A model generated the notes under the pieces. It was not told the DNA's origin, ran no database searches, and saw only the letters and a list, made by a program, of their open reading frames with translations. This document shows, piece by piece, positions 12,139 through 25,275 of a DNA stretch of 64,000 nt. A program made the translations under genes and the position numbers. Position 1 is the first letter of the stretch. Each line of letters opens with the position of its first letter. Origin of the DNA: Octopus sinensis (Eukaryota); the NCBI RefSeq assembly GCF_006345805.1, contig NC_043000.1:126046001-126110000 (forward strand). Reading direction: 5' to 3'.

Positions 12139-12819
12139 GTGGGTGCCAAATCACTCTAACACTATTTAATAGATGCATCTGTAGTGGACTCCGTTTCTCC
12201 TTTCAATACCTCTCCACCATCACTTAATAATTATAGCTGCTTTGCAATTGGGCTGCTCGGACAATTTTTATTCCTTCACTGTTTATTCAGATACATACAG
12301 AATCATTTTCCCCTCCATCTAGTTTTTTGCTTCATCTCTATCATTTACCGTCCTATCACACATAATACATACATACACATACCTCTCCCGTTTGTCGTCA
12401 TTAGCCAACAATGAACTTGCAATGTGACTTTGATACAAGCAATCCCCTTGCTAATTGCTATATTAGTTGCTATTTGTGCATCAGTGTATACTGCTATTTA
12501 GTATGTCTTGATTCTTGTACTATTCTCATTAAGCATCCATCATCCATCAAACATCACATTAGTGTTTGTGTCCAGTCTGATCTCAGCTAAGCTATAATCA
12601 CTATTATAGTGGTTATATATTTCTATCAATTATAGCTTCTACAATCTTTACAATTCATGAAAGCTACACCCAAGCATGGTTATAGCCTTGATGGCTAAAA
12701 CAAATTTGAAAGTTGTTTAATTAAATAGAAACCTTCAGTTTTTGGTTTGTTTCTTTTCTTCTGCTTTTACTTCTAAAGCTTGACAGAATAAACAGTTGAA
12801 GATGTTTCCATCAATAATT

Positions 12820-13340
12820 AATGAAATAAATAGTTTAAGAGGTTATAATGCATAAAGATGTGTATACTAATAGTTTAAGAGATTATAATACTTAAAGATA
12901 TGTCTGTTAATATTTAATAGAATAAGGTAGGAGGTTATTATAATTAAAGATGTGTCTATTAATATTTAGCAAATAGTTTCAGAAGTTGTACCTATATGTA
13001 TTCATTAGTATTTAATAGAATAAATATTAAGAGGTTGGTATACTTAAAGATACATCAATTAATAAAATAAGTTGCTTAAGAGGCTGCTTTACTTGAAGAT
13101 GCGTCAATTTATAGAATAACTAGTATAAGAGCCTGTACTTAGAGATGTGTATCCATTATTAGTATTTGATAGAATAACAACTTTAAGAGGTTATTATGCT
13201 TGAAGACGTGTGTTCATTTATGTTTAATGGTATAAACAGCTTAAGAGATTGTTAAGAAGCCTGAAGTTGTGTGTTCATTAATGTTTAATGGAATAAATAG
13301 CTTAAGAAACTTGAAGTTGTATGTCCATTAATATTTCATT
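12820..13340. repeat. Degenerate minisatellite, about 10 units of ~45-60 bp
   Basis: Recurring aatagaataa..tttaagaggtt...cttaaagatgtgt..cattaatattt. Confidence 0.75.
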
Positions 13341-14449
13341 CAGGAAAGTCACCACTGGATGTTTAAAGAATCTTCAGTAATATTAACTTGTTCTTATTAG
13401 TTTTCTATAATATTTTTGATGTTGCTGTGGTTGTCAGACAAGATTTAAAAAAAAAACACACATGCGCATACACTGCATCAATGAAGTATTATAATCAGAT
13501 GAGTCACTGATTTCTTAAGATAGTTTAATTGATTAGTTATCTCTTTCAAATAAATTGATCAACAGAATGCTACAATTGAATCCTTTCTCCCTCTTATCAA
13601 AACATTAGGAACAATTACTCCAGTACATAAGTAAACTCCTACAGTGACAAATATTCTGGTACATTGCTCTTCATCAGCGAAGACTGTGACACAATTTTCA
13701 TTGCTGATTAACAGTCATTCCATTCTACTCCCTATCATTGATGTCCTTGGAAAAGCATGAATATCACAACACCTTATTTTTTCCGTTTTAATGCATTGTG
13801 GTTTTATATTTTTTTTAAATCAATATTTGTTGAATAAAATACCTTGTGGTATTTAGACTTTCTACTTTTTGAATTCAAATCTTGCTTGAGTAGACTTTAC
13901 CTTTCATTATTCTGGGACTGAGGTTAAATTTCATCTAAAAATCATTGGTGGTAATTACTACAATTTATGTTTTGCTTCCTTCCTTTAAAAATACTGTAAC
14001 CAAGGTGATTTGGTTAATTTAAAAAAAAAAAAGAAAAACTGCTTTTCCTTTTCTTCTTTTAATCTTTATTCATTTATCTGGAAAATGGTGTTTTTAACAT
14101 CCATTTTTCTTAAGCTATTTTAATACAAAGTGGATTTGAAGCAATTATTTTCACAACTAAATACCATTCCTTGTTATGTTATTGTACAATAGGAGTGGAT
14201 AGTGAAGCTTTATGTCCGGACAAATGAAGCAAGCCATCTTAAACTTCACACTATGAATGTAGTAATAAGATTTGAACAAACGCATTAACTTGACCATTTG
14301 TTCAATATTTTGACTTCACTGCAATTATATTTTCTTATATTCTTTAACCTTTTAGCGTTCAAATCACTCTGTTAAATGTGATTCTTATTTATTCACAAAC
14401 AGAGTACCTTTGCTATTTGTCAGCTTATGCCAAATATATTTTTAGTTCA

Positions 14450-14830
14450 TCTTAGATCTTTTATTTGTTTCGGTCATTGGACTGCAGCTATGCTTGAAGG
14501 ATTTTAGTTAAACAAATCAACCCCCAGCACTTATTTTTCGAGATTTGTACTTATTCTATTGGTCTTTTCTGCTGAACTGCTAAGTTACAGGGATGTAAAC
14601 AAACCATCACTACTTGTCAAGCAGGGTAGAGGACAAACACAAAGAGACATACGCATGTACGCACGCCCTAAGTGTACACATACATATATGACAGGCTTTT
14701 ACAGTTTCCATTTACCAAATTCACTCACAAAGCATTGATCAGTCCAAAGACACTCAATTAAGGTGCCATGCACTAGGACTGAACTTGAAACTACATTGAT
14801 GCAGAATGAGTTTCTTAACCACACAGCTGT
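14450..14830 (-). mobile_element. SINE family A, diverged copy
   Basis: ttgtttcggtcattggactgcagctatg...ggctttttacagtttccatttaccaaattcactcacaaagc...cttaaccacacagc. Confidence 0.7.
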
Positions 14831-14877
14831 CTAGCTGGTTTAGAATTAGGCATTCAATGATTTTTGAACTAATACTT

Positions 14878-15290
14878 TTTACTCTTTTTTACTTGTTTCA
14901 GTCATTTGACTGTGGCCATGCTGGAGCACTGCCTTTAGTCAAGCAAATCGACCCCAGGACTTATTCTTTGTAAGCCTGGTACTTATTCTAGCGGTCTCTT
15001 TTGCCAGACCACTAAGTTACAGGGACATAAACACACCAGCATCGGTTGTCAACCGATGTTGGGGGTGGACAAACACAGACACACAAACATATACACACAC
15101 ACACATATATATATACATATATACAACGGGCTTCTTTCAGTTTCCGTCTACCAAATCCACTCACAAGGCTTTGATCGGCCTGATGCTATAATAGAAGACA
15201 CTTGCCCAAGGTGCCACGCAGTGGGACTGAACCAGGAACCATGTGGTTGATAAGCACGCTACTTAACACACAGCTACTCCTACGCCTAAT
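14878..15290 (-). mobile_element. SINE family A, near full length
   Basis: tactctttttacttgtttcagtcatttgactgtggccatgctggagc...acacagctactcctacgcct. Confidence 0.85.
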
Positions 15291-15629
15291 GTACAAGGAA
15301 ATGTATTTATTAGATACAGTCTGTTGTATAAAGAACATTCTCTACTAAGACATGAACCTAAGGCATTTTTTGCTAGGTTTTCAGTCTAGGTTTTAAGCTA
15401 ATTATCTTGCTAATAGTCAATAATTTTTTTTCCTGTTTAGACAAGGAAAACCGCTACTATACAAACATCATTTCATTGTCTTTATGTTTTTTCTTCACAC
15501 ATTATTTTGAACCAGATCTATATTTATACATCATTATTTAAATTGTTTTATATAGTCATATACACACTGTCTATCTACACAGCACATATTTACATTATAT
15601 ACATTTTGTCTGTCTACACAGCAATGTTT

Positions 15630-15675
<46 letters not shown>

Positions 15676-16619
15676 TTATATATATATATAGTCACACAAT
15701 TTACTTATCTATATAGCACAAATATTATTGCCTCTTCACTTTATTATTGTTTCCTTCGATGTTGTTTGTTTAATCTGTTGTTTAAATCTGTACATTCAAA
15801 TGGACACTTTTCTGTTTTCTTCAATCTTATGATTAGGTGATTAACTTTCTTTTGGTGATTCACATTTCAATATTGTTTACATAATTCCCTTAAAATCAGG
15901 TTTGTTAACAAAAAAATATTTAAAACTCGGAACATACATTCTAGTGATTTTCCATATTAGTGAATGGGATATATATACACACACACTCACTGTCTGTTAT
16001 CTATTTAGACTAATTTGAATTTAATCTTCTCAATTAGATATTAGTTTATTTTCTATGTGCTGATTAACCAAAAATTTTCTTTTGATTTGATAATGATGAA
16101 ATTTTCTTTGTTTCTTATTAATCTCCAGAGATAATGGCTCTATGTAAAAAAAATAATTTGTCGTTACTTATAATGGAAAGGATTATCTCACGAGAATCCA
16201 ATATTGGAAGATGAATGTAATGGCAGTTAAACTTATCATCTCAGTACGTTATATGTGTAGAAGCAACAAGCAGTTTTTCTTGGGCTGAAATTAAGTTAGT
16301 TTCAATGTTGGTCATCATTTACATAGATGTTAAGTTGGTATGTGTACTAATACTAGTGTCATTGCACAAGATGGTTGGACCGAAGTTTACAAGGGGGTAA
16401 TTTTTAAAACTGAATTTTTTTTTTAAATGTAATCAGTTTTTAAATTAAATAGTGTGTCTCAATGTCAGCATGCTAAATGAAGTTTTAGTCTCAGTATCAA
16501 TTAAAATTTTATTTGTGATGCTGTATTCTGGCTGCTTTTTTTTTTTCTTTTGATTTCAGCAGTAACCTACTTTGCTACATGAACTGGTTATTTTCATTGT
16601 ATTCATGAACTCAGGTCTC

Positions 16620-16885
16620 TCATGAGCCCCAGAATTCATAAGGTTCGAGATTAATCTGATTTTTGTAGCATAGAAGGGACTGGAATTATAACACTACCCA
16701 CTGAACAGGATACTGGTTCATATCAGTGTTAGCTTCCCAGTTATTGCTGGAATTCATTTTACAGCTGAGTGAATTAGAGCAACATGAAATGAAGTGTTTT
16801 GCTCAAGAACACAATGTACCATCTGGTCTGGGAATCAAAGCCACTACCATGTGATCACAAGTGCAACACCTTAACCACTGGTCTA
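16620..16885 (-). mobile_element. SINE family C-like, diverged
   Basis: gagcaacatgaaatgaagtgttttgctcaagaacacaatg core shared with 4603-4862. Confidence 0.65.
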
Positions 16886-18489
16886 TACCTTGTTGTATTC
16901 ATACCACCTACATGTAATCCCTTGAAATTTGATATCATTTATTGAGTCAGTGATGCTAATTCCATCATTAGTAAAGCGGTAGATTATTTAATGAAATCCA
17001 ACCCAGGCTTTGATAATGAGCAAAACTTGCCATGTTATTAGATATAGATATGGTAAACCACTCTAGTCCATCAAAAGAAAATTCTTAAAGAACTTTGATT
17101 ATTTTGCCTAGAATGAACACTGACTCAATGATAAAATCCAGAATTCGAAGAAAATTGGTCAGGGTCTTCATAAGTAATAGTAAATCCTAGAGAGTTTGTT
17201 GGTGCTAAGTTTGGTTAGCATGAAGAGTGAAAAAGGCTGACATTTCAGACACACTGATATGTTTTAACTTAATTCTATTATATAGAGATAAATCCATTTA
17301 AATAAACTGGATTTGTGGTCCCATGTTCTTTCAATAAAGAATTATTATCTAATTTGTCTGTTATTTTTATTTGGGTATTAATTTATTATCAGAAAGTGCT
17401 GTCATTATATAAGCTCCTATCTCATTTTAGTAGCACTCTATTTTATACTCCCTAACACTAAGAACTAATCTCTGAGCTTATTTCTGAGTTCTTTCACTTC
17501 CTAACACTAAGAACTAATAGACATTGTCTAAAGATGTAGACTGTGGCTTATCTCTGAGTTCTTGTATTATTTTGATATCATAAATTTTGGTCCAATGATA
17601 GTCCAGAGGTGTGTCATATTTGAGAGCTTTGTGAAGTAAATATGATTGAAGATCAAGTTGAACTTCTGAAAGTTGATACTTGAAAGTAAATCATAAGAGA
17701 GAAGCAGAAGGGTTACATTCTAGTTGATAGAGATACTCAGAAGTTTTTGATGAGAGGAGGAAAGGTAGATGAATCAATTGGGATTAAATGAAAGTAGTTG
17801 AAATAAGAAGTTCACAGAAATAGAGGTCACTGTAATAACAGCTGAACAAATAAAGAACACACATGATAGATGGGTTTTTTTACATGTGGTTCAAAGTATG
17901 CATTGTCTGGCACAATGTGCATTTTTCTTAAATGTGTACAGAGTTTTGTTGTTTTGGGTGGATTTGAAACATGTAGAGACCAAAGCAGCTGTTTAGTTCT
18001 AAAATGTTTTCTAGTTCCTAAAAAGAAACCCAAGAAGAGCTTGTATGCAGCCATTCAACCAAACCTCACTCAAATCACACCCTGACATCTTAAAAGACAG
18101 ATTAAATAATGCAGTTTCTAAGATAGGCTGATCATAGAATATCTTTGTTCATTTGTTTGTCTCTTCAGTCTGGTTTTATTTGGGCCTCTGAAACAAGTCC
18201 TAGTTGTAGTACATTTCCATGATGTCCCGAGAGGTAATTAGCATTAACATCTGTTAAGAGTGTTAAGGTTTTTGCTTGAGTATTGTTTTATGAGTAATGA
18301 AGATATAAATAGTAATATTTATTGTGTCCTGAGTTTAATATCATTTGCTATTTTCATTTTGTTTTATCTTGATTTTCATTTGTGTTTACATTTCTAAAAC
18401 CCTTATAAAAAGGCATGAACTTTCTGAGTTTCATATTTTAGTCTCCCTAAAAACATCTCAAGTTTCATATCCCCATCAGAAACAATCAT

Positions 18490-18490
18490 C

Positions 18491-18540
<50 letters not shown>

Positions 18541-18585
18541 TATTATTATTATTATTATTATTACCATTATTATTATTATTATTAC

Positions 18586-18624
<39 letters not shown>

Positions 18625-18639
18625 TATTATTATTATTAC

Positions 18640-18717
<78 letters not shown>

Positions 18718-18790
18718 TATTATTATTATTACCATTATTATTATTATTACCATTATTATTATTATTATTATTATTACCATTATTATTATT
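18490..18790. repeat. (ATT)n trinucleotide array with periodic ACC interruptions
   Basis: Seen directly; source of the poly-Leu and poly-Ile ORFs 18345-18812 and 18403-18780. Confidence 0.95.
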
Positions 18791-19015
18791 GTCGAGCAGA
18801 CAAAATTGTTAATACATTGGACAAAGTGCCTTGTGGCATTTAGTTACAATAATTTTCTTTGAGTTCTAATTTTGTTACGGCTAACTTTGCCTTTCATCTT
18901 ATTGGGATGATGAAATAAAGTACCAGTTAAGTATTGGGGTCAATGTTATTGATTTTCCCATTTCCTCATTTAATTGTTGGCCTTGTGCCAAAATTCAAAA
19001 CAATTATTATTATTA
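18790..19015 (+). mobile_element. tRNA-derived SINE family B with (ATT)n tail
   Basis: gagttctaatttt...actttgcctttcatc...gtaccagttaagtattggggtcaatg...attattatt; related to 27112 and 42492. Confidence 0.65.
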
Positions 19016-19984
19016 TTACTATATAAGCTCCTTTAGTTATTATCGTAAATTAGTGATTATAATAATTTGGCTTTTTTTTTTTTTTAATTTGGCAATATTT
19101 CTTTTTTCTCAAATCAACAAATAAAGGAAATAATCATCCCATGGTTATGTTTGGCACCCTGCAATTGCTATGTTTGCTCATCTCATTGGCTATTTGTTTA
19201 AAACTGCATGAAATTATTTGTCAGTCACAAACTTAATTGATTTGCATAAACCCTTTCTTCTTCAGATTTTTCATGATGCTGTTTTGTATTTTTGTTTGTT
19301 TGTTTGTTTGTTTGTTTAGTTATGTATTTGCTGATGTTGTTTGTTTGTTTTTTTTTTCTTCACTTTTATTCCTTTCTCTTTCATATTTTGTCATGTCTGT
19401 GTTTTTCTCTCTCTCTTTCATAAATCTCGCTCTCTCTTGTAATGATTGATGTGTTTAATAATATTATATTTTATTTACAGATTTATTGTAATCATTTTAT
19501 AACAATGTGGTGACTTAACTCTTTTATATTTTGTTGTTATTGTTGTTGTTTTATTGAAATATACCACCAAAGATAACACCAAGATTAAAAAACCCAGTAA
19601 TTCACCCAAGTATTTTCCTTTCATTTAAAACTTAAAACTAACACAGCATCCACTTTCAGTTAAAGATAAATATTACCTTTTATTTATTTCCTCAACCCCC
19701 TCCTCCTTTTTAACTCTACAAAAATCCTATTAAATATTTTTGTAACTAGTTAAACAGTTAGAAGTATACTTAACATTTTTGGGTTATTATGCAATACCTG
19801 TCTGAATAACTTGCCAGATAATTGAATGGCTCATTAATTGATTTGTGTATGTGCATGTCAGAGAGAGAGAGTTGATGTTGAGGATTATAGCTGCTGAGGC
19901 TGACTTTGCTTTTTATCCTTTTGAGGTTGATGTAATCTTCTAGTCTCCTCCCCAAATATCAGGCCTTGTGCCTATAGCAAAAAA

Positions 19985-20225
19985 AGATTATCATTATTAT
20001 TATTATTATTATAAACGTCGCACAGTATACAATATCATTTGGTTGTTGATTGAAGATATTGTGTTTACCAGGGGTTTGGACTGTTTGTCAAGTCACAATA
20101 AGGACCTCAGACAGACAGTACTTTATGCAATGTGTGCAGTTCCAAGTAATGCCAACTTTTGCAATACATCTAGATTGTAGGGTATCTCTTATTATCATTA
20201 ATATTGTTATTATCATTGTTGTTGT
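19985..20225 (-). mobile_element. R4/Dong-clade non-LTR element, 3' fragment, within TAA repeats
   Basis: Minus translation PYNLDVLQKLALLGTAH, cf. LQKSALLGTAHILRKVL; (TAT)n on both sides. Confidence 0.6.
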
Positions 20226-20227
20226 TA

Positions 20228-20700
20228 TCAAGGCAGCAAGCTGGAAGAATCGTTAGAGCATCTGACAAAATACTTTGGGGAATTTCTTTCAGCTCTCTGC
20301 AATCTGAGTTCAAATCCCATCATAGCCAAGTTTTGCCTTTCATCCTTACAGGGTCAGTAATATACATTGAACACTAAACTTCAGGTCTTGTGCCTATAGT
20401 AGAAAGAATTATTATTATTAAGGTGATGAGCCGACAGAATCTTTAGCAAGCCAGACAAAATGTTTAGCAGCATTTTGTCCATCTCTATTTTCTGAGTTCA
20501 AATTCTGCCAAGGATGAAGTAAGTATTATTAGGGCAGTATTAGGTTCTGAGTTTAAATCTTAACCAGATCAATTTTGCTTTTCATCCTTCCAGGATTAAT
20601 ATAACATAGTCAAGAATTTCAGGTTAATCTTATCAACTAATCTCACCCTACAAATATTAGACCATGTATTTATGTAAGAAATTATAAGTTTCAATTTTGC
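20228..20700 (+). mobile_element. Tandem degenerate family B SINE copies
   Basis: aaggcagcaagctggaagaatcgttagagc and aaggtgatgagccgacagaatctttagc heads; ctgagttcaaat B-box-like segments. Confidence 0.6.
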
Positions 20701-21325
20701 TAGAATTTATATTATTTTTCGATATAAAACATAAAATGATATTTTGTATTTTTTTTCTTTTCATTTTCCTTTTTCTCTCACCTTGATTTATCTTCATTTG
20801 ATTTTATTAGACAAAACATCTTGAGGTTGAGTGCAATAATAAAGTTACCACAGTCCACAAAATGAATAATGTATTACTTGTAATTGTGGCAGCATTCACC
20901 CAGAGTGAGTCAAGCCAGCTCTGACCAATGAGTTCACAATGTCCCTCACAAATGCTGACCACATTTGATAGTCAGCCGCAGCTGAGGTTGTAATTGCTAC
21001 CCACTCATGGTTCCACTACCAAAGACCATAGATGCTGGTGTCCGATTGTGCTTCCACATTTGTAAAGCTGGATGTGGAATGAGTAATGTTTTCTCGCTCA
21101 TGTCACAGATACCCATTATTTAAAAAATAAAATGTGTGGAGAACATATTTTATTGTGTAATCCTAAATACCAGAAAAGGCCAGGATGCTCAGTCATAGTT
21201 AAGCTAGTATTAAACAACAGCAACAACATCCTGTCTTCCCCATGATATGATGCAAAGGGTTCGAAGAAATATCACAAAGCATCCTGTCTGACTCTCTAAC
21301 AAGTTATCTGTCCATTTTCCTAAAC

Positions 21326-21402
21326 CAGTGTTTCTCAACCTTTTTACCCTTGCGTAACCCTTAAAATAAATTACTTATCTCAAGGAACCCCTGCACAAAA
21401 TA

Positions 21403-21445
<43 letters not shown>

Positions 21446-21723
21446 TATCTTTCTCATATTTTTTCATCATAGTTCACATAGTAAATATCATATATATATA
21501 TATATATATATAGGGTGTCCATGAATTTCAGACATTGCTATATATATCCTCAATGGTTATTATATTTTTTTGATAACATAATAGGTTAGATAGGATGATT
21601 TATATATTAGAATATTACAATAACCAATAATATGTTGTGCATGTATAGTAATGTTACGATCATGAAATTAGCATTAGCTTATCTCACTCTTCTCTCATGG
21701 AACCCTAGGGTTCAGAAACGCTG
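21326..21723. mobile_element. hAT (Charlie-like) MITE
   Basis: TIR CAGTGTTTCTCAACC / GGTTCAGAAACGCTG; 8-bp TSD tcctaaac / tcctagac. Confidence 0.8.
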
Positions 21724-21724
21724 T

Positions 21725-21985
21725 CCTAGACTGTCATTTGGTGTATGGGCCCCAAAGAATGAAAGGTAAAGTCGACTTTGGTAGGAATTGAACTCAGACC
21801 ACACATAGCTGGAACAAGTGTTGCAAGGCATTTCATGGAATGCTCTAATGATTCCATCAATCCACTGTTCAAGACTGCTATATTATTTGTCCACTCTGAA
21901 GAAATGACAAAGTTAACCTCTGCAGGATTTGAACTCAGAATGCAAAATCCCAGAATGATATTCCAAGGCATTTCATCCACTGCTC
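21725..21985 (-). mobile_element. Two partial family B SINE heads
   Basis: gaatgaaaggtaaagtcgactttggtaggaattgaactcag and caggatttgaactcagaatgc segments. Confidence 0.6.
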
Positions 21986-23255
21986 TAACAACTTTACCAA
22001 TTCATCATGATTGTGTGTGTGTGTTTACGTACGTACATACATACATACATAAACAAGAGGTAACTCTCTAAATGAACATGACTTAGTAGACTTTATCATC
22101 TGACGAACAAATCAATGAAACAAGTTCAGGTTTAGTACTGAAGGCCATATAATTGACTAGAATCTTTAAGGTGACACCCCAGCATGCCTGCATTCCAATG
22201 ACTGAGACCTGTGAAAACAAGAAACACAAACTGTTAAACATATACATTTGTGTGTATATGCTTCAGTGTTTCATTTACATTCCACTGAAGGTCTACTTTT
22301 CTGCTCTGAGTATTTGGGAGAACCATCACTCCTTCAGCTATAGGAATTGAAATCAACACAGCACGATATGAAGCACTGGATGTGTGTTAACTACAAACAC
22401 AGCAGTAACAGGATACAAACTGTGTGCATGTTGGCTTCCAGTGTGCCACATTTAATGCTCAAATAGCTACAACGTTTGTGTAAATGCATATTTCATTATA
22501 CATATATTTATACATATATAAATGTTTATATATATATAAATGTTTATATGTGAATACCTATATGTGTAGATATAGATTTGTACGTGATGTAGTATATATA
22601 AATATGTGTGTACAAATGCAGGAATGCGTGAGTGGATATGTGAGAAAGAACAAGAGCTATAAGGAAAACAAACAAAAATGAGAGTGTCATGGCAACTCTG
22701 CAGAATTGATCTTAAAATGTCTCTGTAGTTGTATCAAGCCTCTAGGTTTCAGTCAGTCTTGCTTCATATATCAAGATAATAATAAAGAAAATTTCAACTT
22801 CAGAAGTGATGTTGAGGAGACCAAATTATAAAAATAAAAACACAAAACTTTCCATGCAGACTTACATGGGAAGCTTGATAAATGTAAATCTCTAATTCAC
22901 ATATGTTTGTGTGTTTTATAGAAATACATGCATGTGTGTGATGTAAAAAAGTGGAGCCACTGTTGATAACTTCCTTGACAAAATTCCATGCAACTTATGT
23001 GACAAAAAAAAATTTTTTTAAACTCAAGGCAACATAGTAATTTAAGAGCCTATAACAGATAATCTGACAAATCTGTTACAGGCATATGTCTATTATAAGA
23101 AAGTGGTTATGCACAAAATCAAGTTGACAGCTACTATGTGTATATATGTGTGTGTGTGTGTGTGTATTTTATGATTTCATTGACTAATAGTCAGTTGTTA
23201 GAGCTCAGTATACTTAAGCTTTTGAGTATAGTGTCAGATGAGTACTGAGCAAAGT

Positions 23256-23474
23256 ATCAATTAATGACTGACAAAAGAACAGGAATTACATTGTCAGTTT
23301 CATTAGCTTATAGCTGTTTCTGCTATAACAAGCATTGCATTCAGAGCTGAGTACTCCAAGGCAGCTATAAGATGTTGCTTGAGCACTCAGCTATGAGTAC
23401 ACTCTTGTAGCAGAAACAGCTGCAAACTTATGAAAGCAATTGCATAGCTCTTGTTTCATCATTTAATAATTGAT
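23256..23474. repeat. Imperfect inverted repeat with ~100-bp arms
   Basis: tagctgtttctgcta..agctgagtactc pairs with gagcactcagct..tagcagaaacagct. Confidence 0.75.
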
Positions 23475-24327
23475 GTATATATATATAGTTTGTGTATTGT
23501 AGTTTGTTGATCATAACATATAAACTATAAACAATGTTTGGAACTCCAATTTAAAAGGTCCATCCATATGCGAGGAGCAAATGCTTTTTAATTCCATGTT
23601 TTCTTACTGTAGTTCCATTCCAATTACTTTAAATACAGGCTGCAAATATAAAGCAACTGTGGAAATTAATTTTTACATTCATTCAATACGTTTTTACATA
23701 TGATCCAACGATAATATTTGTTATGTAATACTGTTTAAGGATTTTCGTTATATAACAAATATTCTTGCAATTGAAACATGTAATACGTATTGAATAAACA
23801 TTGAAATTTATATCCTCTCTTGTTTTGAATGTGGTGTGTGTGTGTGTATGTAAAGAAAACCACTTTAGTCTAAACAAACTAGTAATGATCTATATCAGTA
23901 AATATCAGTTCAGTAAAGTTTATGAAATAGAATAAACTTATGTGCCCCTTAAGAGAAGGGAATAATTCCAAGGTTTTCCTTTCAGGTAAGGCTGTTCATT
24001 CTGGAAGAAATGACAAGATGTATTGGAAAGCTATACACAAGGCTAGAGATGATGATACCTTAGTGAGAGGGGTTTGCAGCCAAGTAAAGATAGTGGTAAT
24101 AGGTCATATGACAGGAAACATTAAGATAGAAAGGCCAATTGGAAAACTATTACACTGTAGAATGACTTTGCTAGAAATAGAGCCACCAAGTTGAAAAGGG
24201 AAGGATAATTCTGTAAAAAAAAAAAGAAATAGAAATGAATGACCATGGTTTGATCAGCATTTGGGGCAAATGTCTTTTACTGTAGCCTCAAGTCAGTCTA
24301 ACCTTGGGAGAAAAATTGAATAGACAA

Positions 24328-24545
24328 AAACTTTATATATGTTTGTGAATATTCAAATGTATGTGTGTATATGTTTATATATATATATGTGTTCATTGTA
24401 TGTGTATAATGTGTATGTTTATATTTGTAAATGCATAGACATAAACTTTATATATATTTGTGAATATTCGAATGTATGTGTGTATATGTTTATATGTGTT
24501 CATTGTATGTGTATAATGTGTATGTTTATATTTGTATGTGCATTT
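24328..24545. repeat. Tandem duplication of ~110 bp of TA/TG-rich sequence
   Basis: aaactttatatat..tgtgaatattc.aatgtatgtgtg...cattgtatgtgtataatgtgtatgtttatattt occurs twice. Confidence 0.8.
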
Positions 24546-25014
24546 CTATAAATGGTTGTGTATATGTTTGTGCATGTATATATGTGTTTGTGCATTTTTG
24601 TATTTATAGATGCATGTATAGCCAAATGGTTAAGAAATCTGTTTCACAATCATGACCGTCTAAATTCCATCCATACAGTTAAATGAGATCTTGAGAAAAT
24701 ATCTCTTGCATTATCATTGGATGGATCCAAGCCCTGTTAGTAGAATTGGGTAGATGGGAACAGTGGAAGCTAGTTGTTAAGGCAAGAATAAAATCATTTT
24801 ATTCAGCTAAAATGTTCAACTTCTTTACTTGAAGCACAAATGTAAATATATCTGTTTTATTGCAAATGGCTGGTTGCTACCATTCACCCAGAGTTTACCA
24901 TAATACACATGGGTGGAAATATAATGATTTCATAGCTCTTGTGATTCCAGTAGTTGTCAAAGCAGAGTGTCTGGTAAAAGGCATCAACAATTGTGTTACC
25001 TGTACAAGGTATGT

Positions 25015-25275
25015 GTCATCATCATCATCGTCATTTAACATCCGTTGTCCATGCTTGCATGGGTTGGAAGTTTGATCAGGGTGGAACCAGACTCCAGTCT
25101 GATTTGACACGGTTTCTTCAGCTGGATGCCCTTCCTAACACCAACCACTCTGAGAGTGTAATGGGTGTTTTTAAGTGCCACCAGCACGGGTGCCATTTGC
25201 ATGACACCATTATCTGCCACAACTGCGATTTTGCTCAACTTGATGGGTCATATGCTCAAGCATGGCATATTGTGC
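25015..25275 (-). mobile_element. RTE-type 3' end short element
   Basis: (CAT)n cgtcatttaacatccgttgtccatgcttgcatgggttgg...gctggatgcccttcctaacaccaaccactc. Confidence 0.75.

Noticed and set aside
12820-13340. Possible CRISPR-like repeat-spacer array
   Set aside because: Units are degenerate throughout with no identical repeats or unique spacers; eukaryotic intron; no cas genes.
18345-18812. Poly-Leu and poly-Ile ORFs on both strands
   Set aside because: Translation of the (ATT)n/ACC array.
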